Source of the DNA: a virus
Length of the DNA: 64,000 nt
Direction: 5' to 3' (one strand)
IMG/VR virus record: IMGVR_UViG_3300003323_000724
Location: 39,940-103,939 of that record
Part shown: positions 9,945-19,528 of the stretch, piece by piece
Position numbering within the stretch: position 1 is the stretch's first letter
Layout: each line of letters starts with the position of its first letter
Position numbers and translations under genes: made by a program
The notes under the pieces: model-generated
Database searches by the model: none
Told to the model about the DNA's origin: nothing
What the model saw: only the letters and a program-made list of their open reading frames with translations

Positions 9945-10202
9945 ATGATAATCGACCGCTTGCTCGGAGTGATGTGGATCGACACGGGAAATCAGCGTTT
10001 TTACTGGAAAACCCCACCAGATTACTACGAGTGGGGCGGTCCCAAGATCGTCCGAGAGTGGCAGCGGTTCACATCGAATTTTACCCACAAGCCCCGGTGG
10101 ACGTTCTTGCAGACTGGTGCCGGGGGCGAGTTCGTGCCGGCGGATCAAGTGGACTGGTGGACCGAAGCAATGAAGGAAACACATGGAAACCAACACGATT
10201 GA
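9945..10202 (+). CDS. hypothetical protein
   Basis: operon position. Confidence 0.5.
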   Translation: MIIDRLLGVMWIDTGNQRFYWKTPPDYYEWGGPKIVREWQRFTSNFTHKPRWTFLQTGAGGEFVPADQVDWWTEAMKETHGNQHD

Positions 10203-11202
10203 CCTGCTCCGGGAAATCATCCTGAACCCGGACGATGACGCACTGCGGCTCATCTACGCGGACAAGATCGAGGAGGATGATCCGAAGAACGCGGACCGGG
10301 CGGAATTCATTAGGTTGCAAGTAGAACGAAGCAGACTAGAGGACCAAGAGTGCAAATACGACTGTCGATCGCGGATCGATTATCGATGCAAATGGTGCAA
10401 TTCCATCGATAAGGGAGATGGATTACTAGGCCGAAACCAGCAATGGTGTCCGTGGACGTGGGACGACAATCAGCGGACTCCTTTGCCTGTTTTCTGGTCC
10501 CGTGGTTTCATCGAATCGATCTCAGTTCCGGCGGACGTGTGGATCGCGAATCACTACAAAATCGCGTGGAACGAGGGGCAGGCCACGTGGTGCCCAACGT
10601 GTGCCGGCAAGTGCGGACACATAATGGGGACTTCGGACCAGTATCGGAGTCCGGCCAATTGCATGACCGAAGGAGAGTTTAAACGGGACGCGGGTAAAGG
10701 ATGGAGGTCCCTAAAACCGCATCCGACTTGGAAACGATGTGAGCAATGTGACGGCGGAAGTGTTCCGCGACCGTTACCCAAAACCGCCCACCCGATTCGG
10801 AAGGTGGAAATCACGACGAGTCCGGCGATTAACCATGAAAATGCTCGTGATGGGCGAGAACGTGCTTGGTCTAGCTGGGGGATTTTAAAGGAATGGTTGG
10901 ACCCTAGACCTTATCCAAACGGAGGGTATTTTCCTCCCGACCGTGTTTTTGCGGTGTTACAGCAGGGTTGTGAGTATTGGTGGCCCCGCATCGAATTTAC
11001 GTTCCGAGAGCGGCCGTGGGAAACAGAAAGACATTGGGTGAATGTGAACTTTGGTACTGGGGGTAGGACGGACTGGGTAGAGGCGGGAGAAGCCATTTTG
11101 GTGGGTCATCAAATTGCCGCAGATTCGCAAGGCAGAGCCGTCCGTGTTCGTGTCGGTGATTACATTGTTGGTCACGCAATTTCAAACTCCCAGACGCGAT
11201 AA
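10183..11202 (+). CDS. TIGR02996 domain protein with zinc fingers and C-terminal decoration-like beta segment
   Basis: LLREIILNPDDDALRLIYADKIEE...RAEFIRLQVE; WSRGFIESI; CxxC pairs. Confidence 0.8.
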   Translation: METNTIDLLREIILNPDDDALRLIYADKIEEDDPKNADRAEFIRLQVERSRLEDQECKYDCRSRIDYRCKWCNSIDKGDGLLGRNQQWCPWTWDDNQRTPLPVFWSRGFIESISVPADVWIANHYKIAWNEGQATWCPTCAGKCGHIMGTSDQYRSPANCMTEGEFKRDAGKGWRSLKPHPTWKRCEQCDGGSVPRPLPKTAHPIRKVEITTSPAINHENARDGRERAWSSWGILKEWLDPRPYPNGGYFPPDRVFAVLQQGCEYWWPRIEFTFRERPWETERHWVNVNFGTGGRTDWVEAGEAILVGHQIAADSQGRAVRVRVGDYIVGHAISNSQTR

Positions 11203-11226
11203 TCCCTTCGCTTCCCCAATCATTTC

Positions 11227-14200
11227 ATGCTAAACTGGCTCCATTGGGACACTCAACACCAACTCGGAGCCAGTTCGATGGCCGATCCGTACCGCCTACC
11301 CGTCTGGGACTACTCCGGGACGTTCGCTCAGGGTAAGTTTTTAGAACCCATCAAGCGACCGGACGGTAAGTGGTATTGGGCATCTGCCCTAACCCAGCCT
11401 AGACACCAGCTCGAAAACAAGGCCGAACTGACGGACTTCCTAGGCATTCATCCGGACAGCACTGACTTCGGTTCGCACCACATCGATAGCCATTTAGGTC
11501 AACCACTCTCCTCACAGCACGTCTGGATGCACACGGGGGGTGCCGAAGGCGAACCCCCCGTGTTGGAGCAACCGGACTGGCGTCCAACGGATACAATTCC
11601 GGAAGACTTTTACGCTTACGAGGCTGCAAACGGCCCTAGCTTCGCACAGGAAGAACAAACTCAGCATCAGATAGGCAACTGGTCAGCGGGGCAACAAAAC
11701 GCAATAGAGACGCAATACGGCGATTCTGGGCAGCACCCACTTGCGGATGAGGATGGTTGGTTGGTTCAGGACGAATCGAATCCCGTGGAGTTGACCAAGC
11801 TCGGACACGACGACCACTTGCGATATCTTCGTCCGTACCACAACGGTCACGATTGGGTTTGGCGAATTCATCGAATGGAACCGGAAGCAGCAGATTGGCT
11901 CGCACTCACTGAGTTGTTCGGAAAAGATCCCATGCATATGACTCCGGAAGAATTCAAGCACATTGGAACTCCGGACCATCAGCACCGACCCCTGACTCCG
12001 GACGAGAGGATTGTTGCCGGAATCGACCCAATGCCGGAAGTCGATTGGCGCCCCAATGAAACCATTCCCGAAGACTTTTACGCGTTTTCCCGTGGGGAAT
12101 CTCCCGTGAACTACAACTGTTACTCGTTCCACGACGTGATTGCCAAGCTCCAGCGGGCGGACCAGCCGGTTACGTACAACGAAAACGCATTCCTCGAACA
12201 GATCCGTCAGAACCCCAATGATTTTACAAACAGGGCCGTCTTTGCGGATTGGCTAGAAGATCAGGAACACCCGGACCGCAACCTGTTGGACGCCCTCCGA
12301 TCGCACCAAGGGTTCGGAACTATCAGTCGAACCCCCCAAGGGTTTCACCTCGATACCCGTTCCCGCGCCCAACAGGTCGGCGAACGGGTCGGTCGGGCGA
12401 TGGCCGAATCCGCTGCTCAGTTCGGAGATGACCTGCGAGACAGTCCGAACGGGTTTGAATTGGACTCACAGGACGCAGACCAATTACACGCGGCCGGCAT
12501 AGAGTTCGGTTCTCCCGAGTGGAGGGAAGCAGAAAACCATGCCGAACGAGCGTTTTTGGAACATTTTAACCCCCCGACACAAAACGACGGGGATGAAGGA
12601 ATGGTTGATTACGGCTGGTCCGCTCCTCTCCGAACGCGGCCAAAAACGAATGCGTTGGCCCAGTTTCATGCGCCGGGGTACGAAGTGATTGAGGACCAGC
12701 CGCAGCAGATGCAATGGGAAGAGGGCTTACTGCCCCCAACGGCCGTTTCCAAGCACCCCACGCAGGAATTTGCAGGCCAATCACTGCGGCCGAACGAACA
12801 GGGAACCGTGTGGGACAATCCGTTCCAGCCGTGGGGACAGGACTATGAGCCGGAAACGGGACTGTTTCAGCTCCCTTATGCGGAACAATTGGACGACGGG
12901 ATGTTCGATCAGGAAGGGTTTTTGTTGACTCCCAAAGGAGCGAGCCGTCGTGCGGTCCGGGGTATTCACTTCGATCCCGAAGTTGGGAATTATCGACTTC
13001 ATGGGTACTGGATCAATCGGGACGATCAGGGCAATCCGCAGTGGTGGAGCAGAGGACCATCGATGTGGAAAGGACCGTCTCCCGAACACATTGAGGGCAT
13101 GATCTACGAACCGGGGGACACTCGGGATCATATGCTTTTCGGTGAAAATCCGGATCGAACCCCTGTTTCTCCCGAGCACCTGTGGGCACTTGGATTAGGG
13201 GGCCAACCGCCGCAAGCCCCCGACGCACCCGATTGGAGAACTCCTGACACAGTTCCAGAGGACTTTTATGCGTACGGGAGGGCTGATTACGGCTGGGGCC
13301 AAACTCTGAAGTCTGCGTTCGATCTCGGTAAGCAGTACTGGCCCCAGATCGCCGCAGCCGCACCGCACGCTTGGAACGCAGCCAAGTCTTGGTGGAACGG
13401 AGAAGAAGGATCGTCCCAGCACGCCCAAAACGCTTGGGATTCTTGGAACTCGGCTACGCAGAACGATGATGATGGGGACATGGTAGGGTATGGCGACTTG
13501 TCATCCGAAAAAGCACGGGAAATTCTACATGACGGGACCGTTCACGGGCACCCGATCACGGACAAACAGAGGCGATTCTTTGGGTGGAAATCGCACCAGA
13601 CGGATTATGCTGACGAACTGAACCAGGACGAGAACAATGCGTTCATCCAAACCATCCACGCAAACCCGCTGGATGCAACGAATCACCTCGTTCATTCGGA
13701 CTGGCTCCGGGACCGGGGGCACCATGATGAAGCGGAGTTCCGACAAGCGATGGGGGAATGGGTGAAGGGTTGGAACAGGATTCAAGATTTGCACAAACCC
13801 AGATTGGACCCGGATCGACCTTGGATGGTTCCGTTATCGTTTCTTCCTGGTGGAATAGTTGCCGATAACCTCCCTGGTGCAAGATTTACTGTAGCCCGTG
13901 ATTACACGGAGCAGGCCAGACAACTGGACCCTCACACTGGAATGCGATTTAGAGACACGTATCACTACCCCTCCTACCCCCACATGGAAGAAGCCTTCCG
14001 CCGGGCCTTCCATCAGGGTCGAGGGGAACAAACCCAAGCCTCGATGTACGCCGATCCGTACCAGTACCCGAGTTTCACCGATATGAGGCTCCCGCCGGCC
14101 ACTCCCGGGACGGGCGAAATGCTCGATCCCGTCCAACTCGGGTTCACCCAGTGGACCGCACCGGGCGGACTCGCACGCATCGCCGGGCCACAGTTCATGC

Positions 14201-16290
14201 CTACCGATTGGCACTCTCCGTCAATCATGTGGAGCCAGCCGAACGGGGAGGACTACGACCAGTTCGGCCAAACTGCCGGCGATCGTGGGGAATACGCACG
14301 GGCGGACTACTTCCTTCCCGCTATTGCAGCCGCAGCGGAATCGTTAGCTCCGGCAATGGCTCGATCTGCCACAATCGGAGCTGCTTCGGACGCGGCCGGG
14401 GACCTGTTTGGCGGTGGTGATGACCAGCAAGACTACGCAGCCTACGGAATGGCCCAGTACGGCGATGAGGAAGACAACCAAGCGTTCCTGAACGCAATCC
14501 ACGCCAACCCGCTCGACGCAACCAACCACCTCGTTCACGCAGATTGGTTGGACGAACGGGGGCAGCACGGGGAAGCGGCGTTTCGGCGGGCGATGGGGGA
14601 GTGGGCTGCGAGAACCAGTCCCCATCTTCTGGACGTTACTCCATCTCGTGTCGAAGGAACTCACGGAATTTCGACACGAGCAATTCCTTCGTGGGTCAAC
14701 GGGAGGATAGGAGTATCCTCAACAAGCTCCGATCCAAATATCGGCTACTCCCCTAATTCCCTTTGGACTTATTTCCACGGGTTCGGTCCAATGGAAGAAG
14801 CCTTCCGCCGGGCCTTCCACGCGAACCAAAACACGGTCCAACCGGGCCAAATACCCGCCGATCTGGGGGACGACAGCGACGTGAGGATGGGTGGGGGCGA
14901 ACAACCGGTTGAGTTTGCCGCTTACAGCCAGATACACACCACTCACCCCGATGACGAGTCCGGCTGGGGCGAACCGGACTTTCGCCGGGAGGACGAGATT
15001 GCTAACTGGGTGAGTTCCCCGATCCCGCACCCGCACGACAACTTTCCGGGGACGCCGAGCGCTTACGCCGGCCACGTCAACCAACCCAACTGGGGCAACG
15101 TTGACGGAATCATGCGGGCGATTCCCGAGAACAAGTTCGTCGGTGGGAAGTACGGGTACAAGTCCGCTGCGAACTACGAGGGCGAAGAGGAAGCCTTTCA
15201 ACAGGCCATTCACCAGAACCCGTTCGAGTTCGTTAACCACGGGGCATATGCGGACTGGCTCCGAGAGCAAGGAAGGCACGAGGACGCCGATTTCCGAACG
15301 AACATGGGGGAATGGATGCAATCCCGGGCAGCGGGGCATGATAATGGATTTCTTCCCGTGCCGACAGTCGTTCGGCACACGGAAGCCCCGCAGTGGGCCA
15401 AGGGGAAGATTCGCATCGAGAACATTTTCACGCCCCATGCCAAAGACGCTCCGTTCCGGTGGGACTCGCGACACGTCGGGTGGGACAGTTACCCGCAGAT
15501 GGAAGAGGCTCTCCGACGTGCGCACGATTTCGTCGGTCCTCCGGTTCAGCAACACGAAGAAACACCGAACTGGTTCCGAGATCGGGAGTACCTAAGTAAT
15601 GATGCCCATCCGATGAACTACGAGCACGACTGGATGGGGCCGACGGACTATGCTCCACCGGAAAGTCTCTATGCTGCTTACGGCGATCCGGGCGACAACG
15701 GCACCACCGCATCGGCCGGGAACACGCAGGAGTGGAACTACCAGCCGAAGAATTATTGGGAAACAACCCGGTACGGCGATTTGACTTCGATGGAATATGG
15801 GGCATATTTGGGGTACGCGGACGATCAGTACGAAGACGAGCACCAGCCCGAATCGGAGATTCCAGTGGAAGAAACTACCCCGACCAGACCAGAGTTGTTA
15901 AACGGTGCTTTGGTTTCTGCTGCACTCAAGCCGTCTCGTAAGCGGGGGCCGAACGTGGGCCAATTTGATCGGGCTGCAATGGGAGCACTTGGAGACCACC
16001 TCCAAGAAATCGGGAATCCACTAGGAGTTGCCGTTTCCCATTTCGTCCGAACCGGACAGAACATCCCGTTTTCGTCCCTGTCGGGAACTTCGGAACACGA
16101 AGTGTCAACGGCCGATGGTTCACACCAAGTGTTCGGTCGGCGTGGGATCAGTCGAGACGGGAAGCCGATTGTGTGGACTGTGATTAAGCAAAACAAACCA
16201 CGCCAACACCCAGACGGACGAATTATTTGGGATAGTGACAAGTCCCACAGTTTTGCTGTTCCGGCTGAGTTGTTCGACCAACCACAATAA
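11227..16290 (+). CDS. 1687-aa modular repeat protein with four TIGR02996-like modules (putative head-packaged polyprotein)
   Basis: long ORF between terS and terL; repeats AF...I..NP.D..N..V.ADWL x4, DWRP..TIPEDFYA x3, MEEA.RRA x3. Confidence 0.8.
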   Translation: MLNWLHWDTQHQLGASSMADPYRLPVWDYSGTFAQGKFLEPIKRPDGKWYWASALTQPRHQLENKAELTDFLGIHPDSTDFGSHHIDSHLGQPLSSQHVWMHTGGAEGEPPVLEQPDWRPTDTIPEDFYAYEAANGPSFAQEEQTQHQIGNWSAGQQNAIETQYGDSGQHPLADEDGWLVQDESNPVELTKLGHDDHLRYLRPYHNGHDWVWRIHRMEPEAADWLALTELFGKDPMHMTPEEFKHIGTPDHQHRPLTPDERIVAGIDPMPEVDWRPNETIPEDFYAFSRGESPVNYNCYSFHDVIAKLQRADQPVTYNENAFLEQIRQNPNDFTNRAVFADWLEDQEHPDRNLLDALRSHQGFGTISRTPQGFHLDTRSRAQQVGERVGRAMAESAAQFGDDLRDSPNGFELDSQDADQLHAAGIEFGSPEWREAENHAERAFLEHFNPPTQNDGDEGMVDYGWSAPLRTRPKTNALAQFHAPGYEVIEDQPQQMQWEEGLLPPTAVSKHPTQEFAGQSLRPNEQGTVWDNPFQPWGQDYEPETGLFQLPYAEQLDDGMFDQEGFLLTPKGASRRAVRGIHFDPEVGNYRLHGYWINRDDQGNPQWWSRGPSMWKGPSPEHIEGMIYEPGDTRDHMLFGENPDRTPVSPEHLWALGLGGQPPQAPDAPDWRTPDTVPEDFYAYGRADYGWGQTLKSAFDLGKQYWPQIAAAAPHAWNAAKSWWNGEEGSSQHAQNAWDSWNSATQNDDDGDMVGYGDLSSEKAREILHDGTVHGHPITDKQRRFFGWKSHQTDYADELNQDENNAFIQTIHANPLDATNHLVHSDWLRDRGHHDEAEFRQAMGEWVKGWNRIQDLHKPRLDPDRPWMVPLSFLPGGIVADNLPGARFTVARDYTEQARQLDPHTGMRFRDTYHYPSYPHMEEAFRRAFHQGRGEQTQASMYADPYQYPSFTDMRLPPATPGTGEMLDPVQLGFTQWTAPGGLARIAGPQFMPTDWHSPSIMWSQPNGEDYDQFGQTAGDRGEYARADYFLPAIAAAAESLAPAMARSATIGAASDAAGDLFGGGDDQQDYAAYGMAQYGDEEDNQAFLNAIHANPLDATNHLVHADWLDERGQHGEAAFRRAMGEWAARTSPHLLDVTPSRVEGTHGISTRAIPSWVNGRIGVSSTSSDPNIGYSPNSLWTYFHGFGPMEEAFRRAFHANQNTVQPGQIPADLGDDSDVRMGGGEQPVEFAAYSQIHTTHPDDESGWGEPDFRREDEIANWVSSPIPHPHDNFPGTPSAYAGHVNQPNWGNVDGIMRAIPENKFVGGKYGYKSAANYEGEEEAFQQAIHQNPFEFVNHGAYADWLREQGRHEDADFRTNMGEWMQSRAAGHDNGFLPVPTVVRHTEAPQWAKGKIRIENIFTPHAKDAPFRWDSRHVGWDSYPQMEEALRRAHDFVGPPVQQHEETPNWFRDREYLSNDAHPMNYEHDWMGPTDYAPPESLYAAYGDPGDNGTTASAGNTQEWNYQPKNYWETTRYGDLTSMEYGAYLGYADDQYEDEHQPESEIPVEETTPTRPELLNGALVSAALKPSRKRGPNVGQFDRAAMGALGDHLQEIGNPLGVAVSHFVRTGQNIPFSSLSGTSEHEVSTADGSHQVFGRRGISRDGKPIVWTVIKQNKPRQHPDGRIIWDSDKSHSFAVPAELFDQPQ
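13984..14819 (+). repeat. exact 29-nt direct repeat (13984-14012 and 14791-14819) closing two TIGR02996 modules
   Basis: atggaagaagccttccgccgggccttcca occurs twice. Confidence 0.9.
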
Positions 16291-16292
16291 CC

Positions 16293-17915
16293 ATGTCCGC
16301 CAACACATCCGATCTTGCCAAAGCACTGGCCCGGGTCTACGGCTCACGGGCCGTAGACCGCCTCGTTTCCACGCCCGTCGCCAGTTCGGACGACATGGCG
16401 AAGTACCACGACGATCCGGTGGGGTTCATCCGCGATGCGTTTGGAATAGACCTGACAATGCCGCAGTTGAACGCGGCATTGGCAATGCCCGGACGAATTA
16501 AAATCAATTCAGGGCACGGGTTAGGTAAAACTCTCCTGTGCGCCGCTCTTGCCATTTGGTGGTACGCGACCCGGAATCCCGGCGTGGTCATCATTACCGC
16601 ACCCACCAGCCACCACATCACTACGGTTCTGTTTGCTGAAATTAGACTCCTGCTCGCCAAGTGTCGTATTAAACTGCCCGGGACCCTGTCGCCCAAGGCA
16701 CCCCTCTTGTACGACTCACCGGAGCACTGGATCGAAGGATTTACGAGTTCATCGGGGGAAGGTTTCCAAGGTCGTCACCGCGCGAGCATGTTTTTCATCT
16801 TTGACGAGTGCGAAGACGTAGACGCGGTATATTGGCAAACTACCGAAACGATGTACAAGGACGGAGAAGACCATGCTTGGCTTACCGTTGGTAATCCATT
16901 AACAACGTCTTCGCAAAGCTACCTTGAAGACTTGGCCGAACGGGAGGACGGAACGCCGAAATGGAAGCAGTACGTATTGTCCTCGATGGATCACCCCAAC
17001 ATCATCGCTCAACTCAATGGTGAACCACCGCCGATACCCAACGCGGTTACGCTTCACCAAGTTAACCAGTGGGTCAAGGACTGGACCGATCCGGTTCAAT
17101 TTGGCGACATCAAGCCATTGGACTTCGAGTGGCCCGTAGGATCACAGAAGTGGCGCAGACCATCCCCGATCTTTAAGGGCCGCGTTCTCGGCATTCGACC
17201 GACGGAAGGGGTTGATACGGTTTGGGGCGCCGTTGTGTGGCAAATGGCCACGACACGAACTGCTAACCCCTCCGCTTGTTGGTGGGGCGAATACGGTATT
17301 ACAATTGGTGTGGACGTTGCTATGTTCGGGGACGATTCAACGGCCATTCACCTTCGCAGTGGTCCGATGAGTTTGCTGCACGAGGAACACAACGGCTGGA
17401 CACCTCAGCAAACGGCCGGTCGTCTGAAGGACTTGTGCGTTGAGTACGCTGACGTTTACAACTCGTGGGCGGTGATCCCCACTCGTCCGCGACTGGAACC
17501 GTCTGACGTTAGCGTAGTTATCGAAGTGGATGGGTACGGGTATTCGGTACTGTCACACTGTGACGGGTTTGGTAACTGGTCCGGGTTTAAGGCCGGGGAA
17601 GCATCGACCGCTTTGGACCATAAGGGCCAGCCCCGGTACACGAAAAGACGGAGCGAGATGTGGTTCACCGGTAAGGAAAAGGCTATGGGGGGCCAAATGG
17701 ACCTGTCGTACTTACCCCAAGACGTGTTGCAGAAACTTCGACTGGAACTGATGTCGTCCATGTATTGGGCGACATCATCGGGGGCAATTCAGGTCGAAGA
17801 GAAAGTGGACATCAAGAAGCGGCTGAAAAAGTCCCCAGACGGGGCCGACGCACTGCTAGTTTGCTACGCGGACGTAACTTCGGATCTTCCAATGGCGATA
17901 ATCAGGGGGGAGTAG
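16293..17915 (+). CDS. terL: terminase large subunit
   Basis: SGHGLGKT Walker A, ITAPT, FQGRH, FIFDE Walker B, VGNP, GVDVAMFGDD nuclease, SPDGADAL. Confidence 0.95.
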   Translation: MSANTSDLAKALARVYGSRAVDRLVSTPVASSDDMAKYHDDPVGFIRDAFGIDLTMPQLNAALAMPGRIKINSGHGLGKTLLCAALAIWWYATRNPGVVIITAPTSHHITTVLFAEIRLLLAKCRIKLPGTLSPKAPLLYDSPEHWIEGFTSSSGEGFQGRHRASMFFIFDECEDVDAVYWQTTETMYKDGEDHAWLTVGNPLTTSSQSYLEDLAEREDGTPKWKQYVLSSMDHPNIIAQLNGEPPPIPNAVTLHQVNQWVKDWTDPVQFGDIKPLDFEWPVGSQKWRRPSPIFKGRVLGIRPTEGVDTVWGAVVWQMATTRTANPSACWWGEYGITIGVDVAMFGDDSTAIHLRSGPMSLLHEEHNGWTPQQTAGRLKDLCVEYADVYNSWAVIPTRPRLEPSDVSVVIEVDGYGYSVLSHCDGFGNWSGFKAGEASTALDHKGQPRYTKRRSEMWFTGKEKAMGGQMDLSYLPQDVLQKLRLELMSSMYWATSSGAIQVEEKVDIKKRLKKSPDGADALLVCYADVTSDLPMAIIRGE

Positions 17916-18063
17916 GGCTTCCCGGTGGTACCACCGGAGCGGGCGGCATCACAATTGGCGGTGTCGGGTTCACCGGCTCTGGGGAACCGGTGGGATCTTC
18001 GGGCTGGGCACCGACGGGGTTGATCCGGTCGTCTAGGACTTCGAGTTGCGGTTTGAAGTTCAT
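17902..18063 (-). CDS. 53-aa Pro-rich micropeptide with planctomycete-type export motif (not in ORF track)
   Basis: MNFKPQLEVLDDRINPVGAQPEDPTGSPEPVNPTPPIVMPPAPVVPPGSPTPP; TAATG coupling to the upstream minus-strand gene. Confidence 0.6.
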   Translation of the reverse strand: MNFKPQLEVLDDRINPVGAQPEDPTGSPEPVNPTPPIVMPPAPVVPPGSPTPP

Positions 18064-18281
18064 TAGGAATTTGAAGTATTCGTTGTGATTGATTTAGCGT
18101 TGACGCAGACCAGTTTGGCCTTTGTCGCTTCCAACAATTGACTAGTGTATCGCCGCAGATCAGCGACATCCTGAGAGGTAATTAGCTCAGGATGATTAAG
18201 CAATTCGGCGATCCGCCTATCGCCGCCGAGCAAAACAATAGTGTCGTGGAGACAATGCAGAACTTCCGTCATCAATTTCAC
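18063..18281 (-). CDS. hypothetical protein
   Basis: GGAGGAG RBS downstream of promoter copy 2. Confidence 0.6.
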   Translation of the reverse strand: MKLMTEVLHCLHDTIVLLGGDRRIAELLNHPELITSQDVADLRRYTSQLLEATKAKLVCVNAKSITTNTSNS

Positions 18282-18313
18282 TTTTTACTCCTCCCGTGGT
18301 TTCGGTTGACACC

Positions 18314-18343
18314 CAACTATGCCACACGGATCACGGTAGTCAA
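18314..18343 (-). promoter_or_regulatory. phage repeated promoter, copy 2
   Basis: TTGACT-16 nt(...ccgtgtgg)-CATAGT-tg. Confidence 0.7.
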
Positions 18344-18358
18344 ATGAAGTGGGAGGAA

Positions 18359-18682
18359 TTACCTCCCTAGTGCTTTGGCTATCGCTTCCCGGGCGGCTTT
18401 TCGGTTCTTGTTAATCCACGCTAACAACTGTGGAATGTCGAACTCTTCACCGTCAACAAAACCCTGATCCCACAACTGACATGCGGCCAGCAGTTCGGGA
18501 GCCGCAGCCATCAGTTGGAACTTACGCTCCACGTCTTCGGGAACCCCATCCTTTTCGAGAAAGTCCAAACTGTAAGCAAATGAATCACAATCGTCGTTCT
18601 CGTGCGGTCCGATTCCCAGACTGACCCGATCCCCGTAGTCTTCTGGGGTGCTGTGGTGGTTGATGTGCCACTTCTCGTTCAT
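18359..18682 (-). CDS. phage hypothetical protein ('AAAPELLAAC' family)
   Basis: LMAAAPELLAAC...AREAIAKA motif common in phage early genes. Confidence 0.7.
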   Translation of the reverse strand: MNEKWHINHHSTPEDYGDRVSLGIGPHENDDCDSFAYSLDFLEKDGVPEDVERKFQLMAAAPELLAACQLWDQGFVDGEEFDIPQLLAWINKNRKAAREAIAKALGR

Positions 18683-18930
18683 TTCGCTTCTCCCTGATCG
18701 CGTCTGATCTTTTCCATCGCGGTCTTCACGGCTTGGTCCTTCTCCGCGTCAGTGGAATCGTTGAACGCGGACGCCAGCAGCTTCTTCATCGCGTCCTTGG
18801 TGTCCTGTGGCATTTTCTTGAACCAACAGGTCGAACACAATCCGCTTTCACCCTCTTTGATGCTGTGAAGCACCCGATTGCATTGCGGGACCGTACACCG
18901 ATCGTGAACCACGATCGTTCGAGTTGCCAT
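18679..18930 (-). CDS. small zinc-finger protein
   Basis: CTVPQC...CSTC. Confidence 0.55.
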   Translation of the reverse strand: MATRTIVVHDRCTVPQCNRVLHSIKEGESGLCSTCWFKKMPQDTKDAMKKLLASAFNDSTDAEKDQAVKTAMEKIRRDQGEAK

Positions 18931-19253
18931 TACTTCTTCCCCTCAATCTGTTCCAAGAGCTGTTTCGCCTGATGATACGTTGCCATTACCTGAGCGTGCG
19001 ACCCGTCTACGGCATCGATGAACTGTCGGAGCATGACGATTACCATTATCTTTTCAGCGTTCGGAAGACCTAACGGTTCGTAAATGATGGCTTTTTGCGT
19101 CATCCGGTACGAAAAAGCTTCGGTCAGCGATTTGCACAGCCAGAAGTCATTCCGTGAAGCGAACGCAATGTACCGTGCCGGAATGATAACCCCACTCGGT
19201 TTGATCTCTTCGTTGACCTTCTCGGACCAGTACCCAAATTCATCGTCTTCCAT
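18930..19253 (-). CDS. hypothetical protein
   Basis: TAATG coupling, RBS. Confidence 0.5.
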   Translation of the reverse strand: MEDDEFGYWSEKVNEEIKPSGVIIPARYIAFASRNDFWLCKSLTEAFSYRMTQKAIIYEPLGLPNAEKIMVIVMLRQFIDAVDGSHAQVMATYHQAKQLLEQIEGKK

Positions 19254-19528
19254 TATTTCTCCTCCCCGTTGAACCCTTCCCAGTCGATCTGGTCCGGGCT
19301 GGTGATCTTTACCGTGTCCAGGGCGAAATCGGCTACCCACAGACTTTTGGTGGGGTCCGATTCGCCACGCTTGAATTTAGCGAGCGCGGCCGTCCGCTCT
19401 GGTCCATACGTTTCCTTCCTGTCGTATACTGAGTTCCACGGTGAAACGCAGTCAGCGGGCATCACAAGAACGCGGCTGTGGTGACACTTGATACCGTTTC
19501 CAACTGTTCGAGAATGGGGCCAGTTCAT
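19253..19528 (-). CDS. hypothetical protein
   Basis: coupled minus-strand operon. Confidence 0.5.
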   Translation of the reverse strand: MNWPHSRTVGNGIKCHHSRVLVMPADCVSPWNSVYDRKETYGPERTAALAKFKRGESDPTKSLWVADFALDTVKITSPDQIDWEGFNGEEK

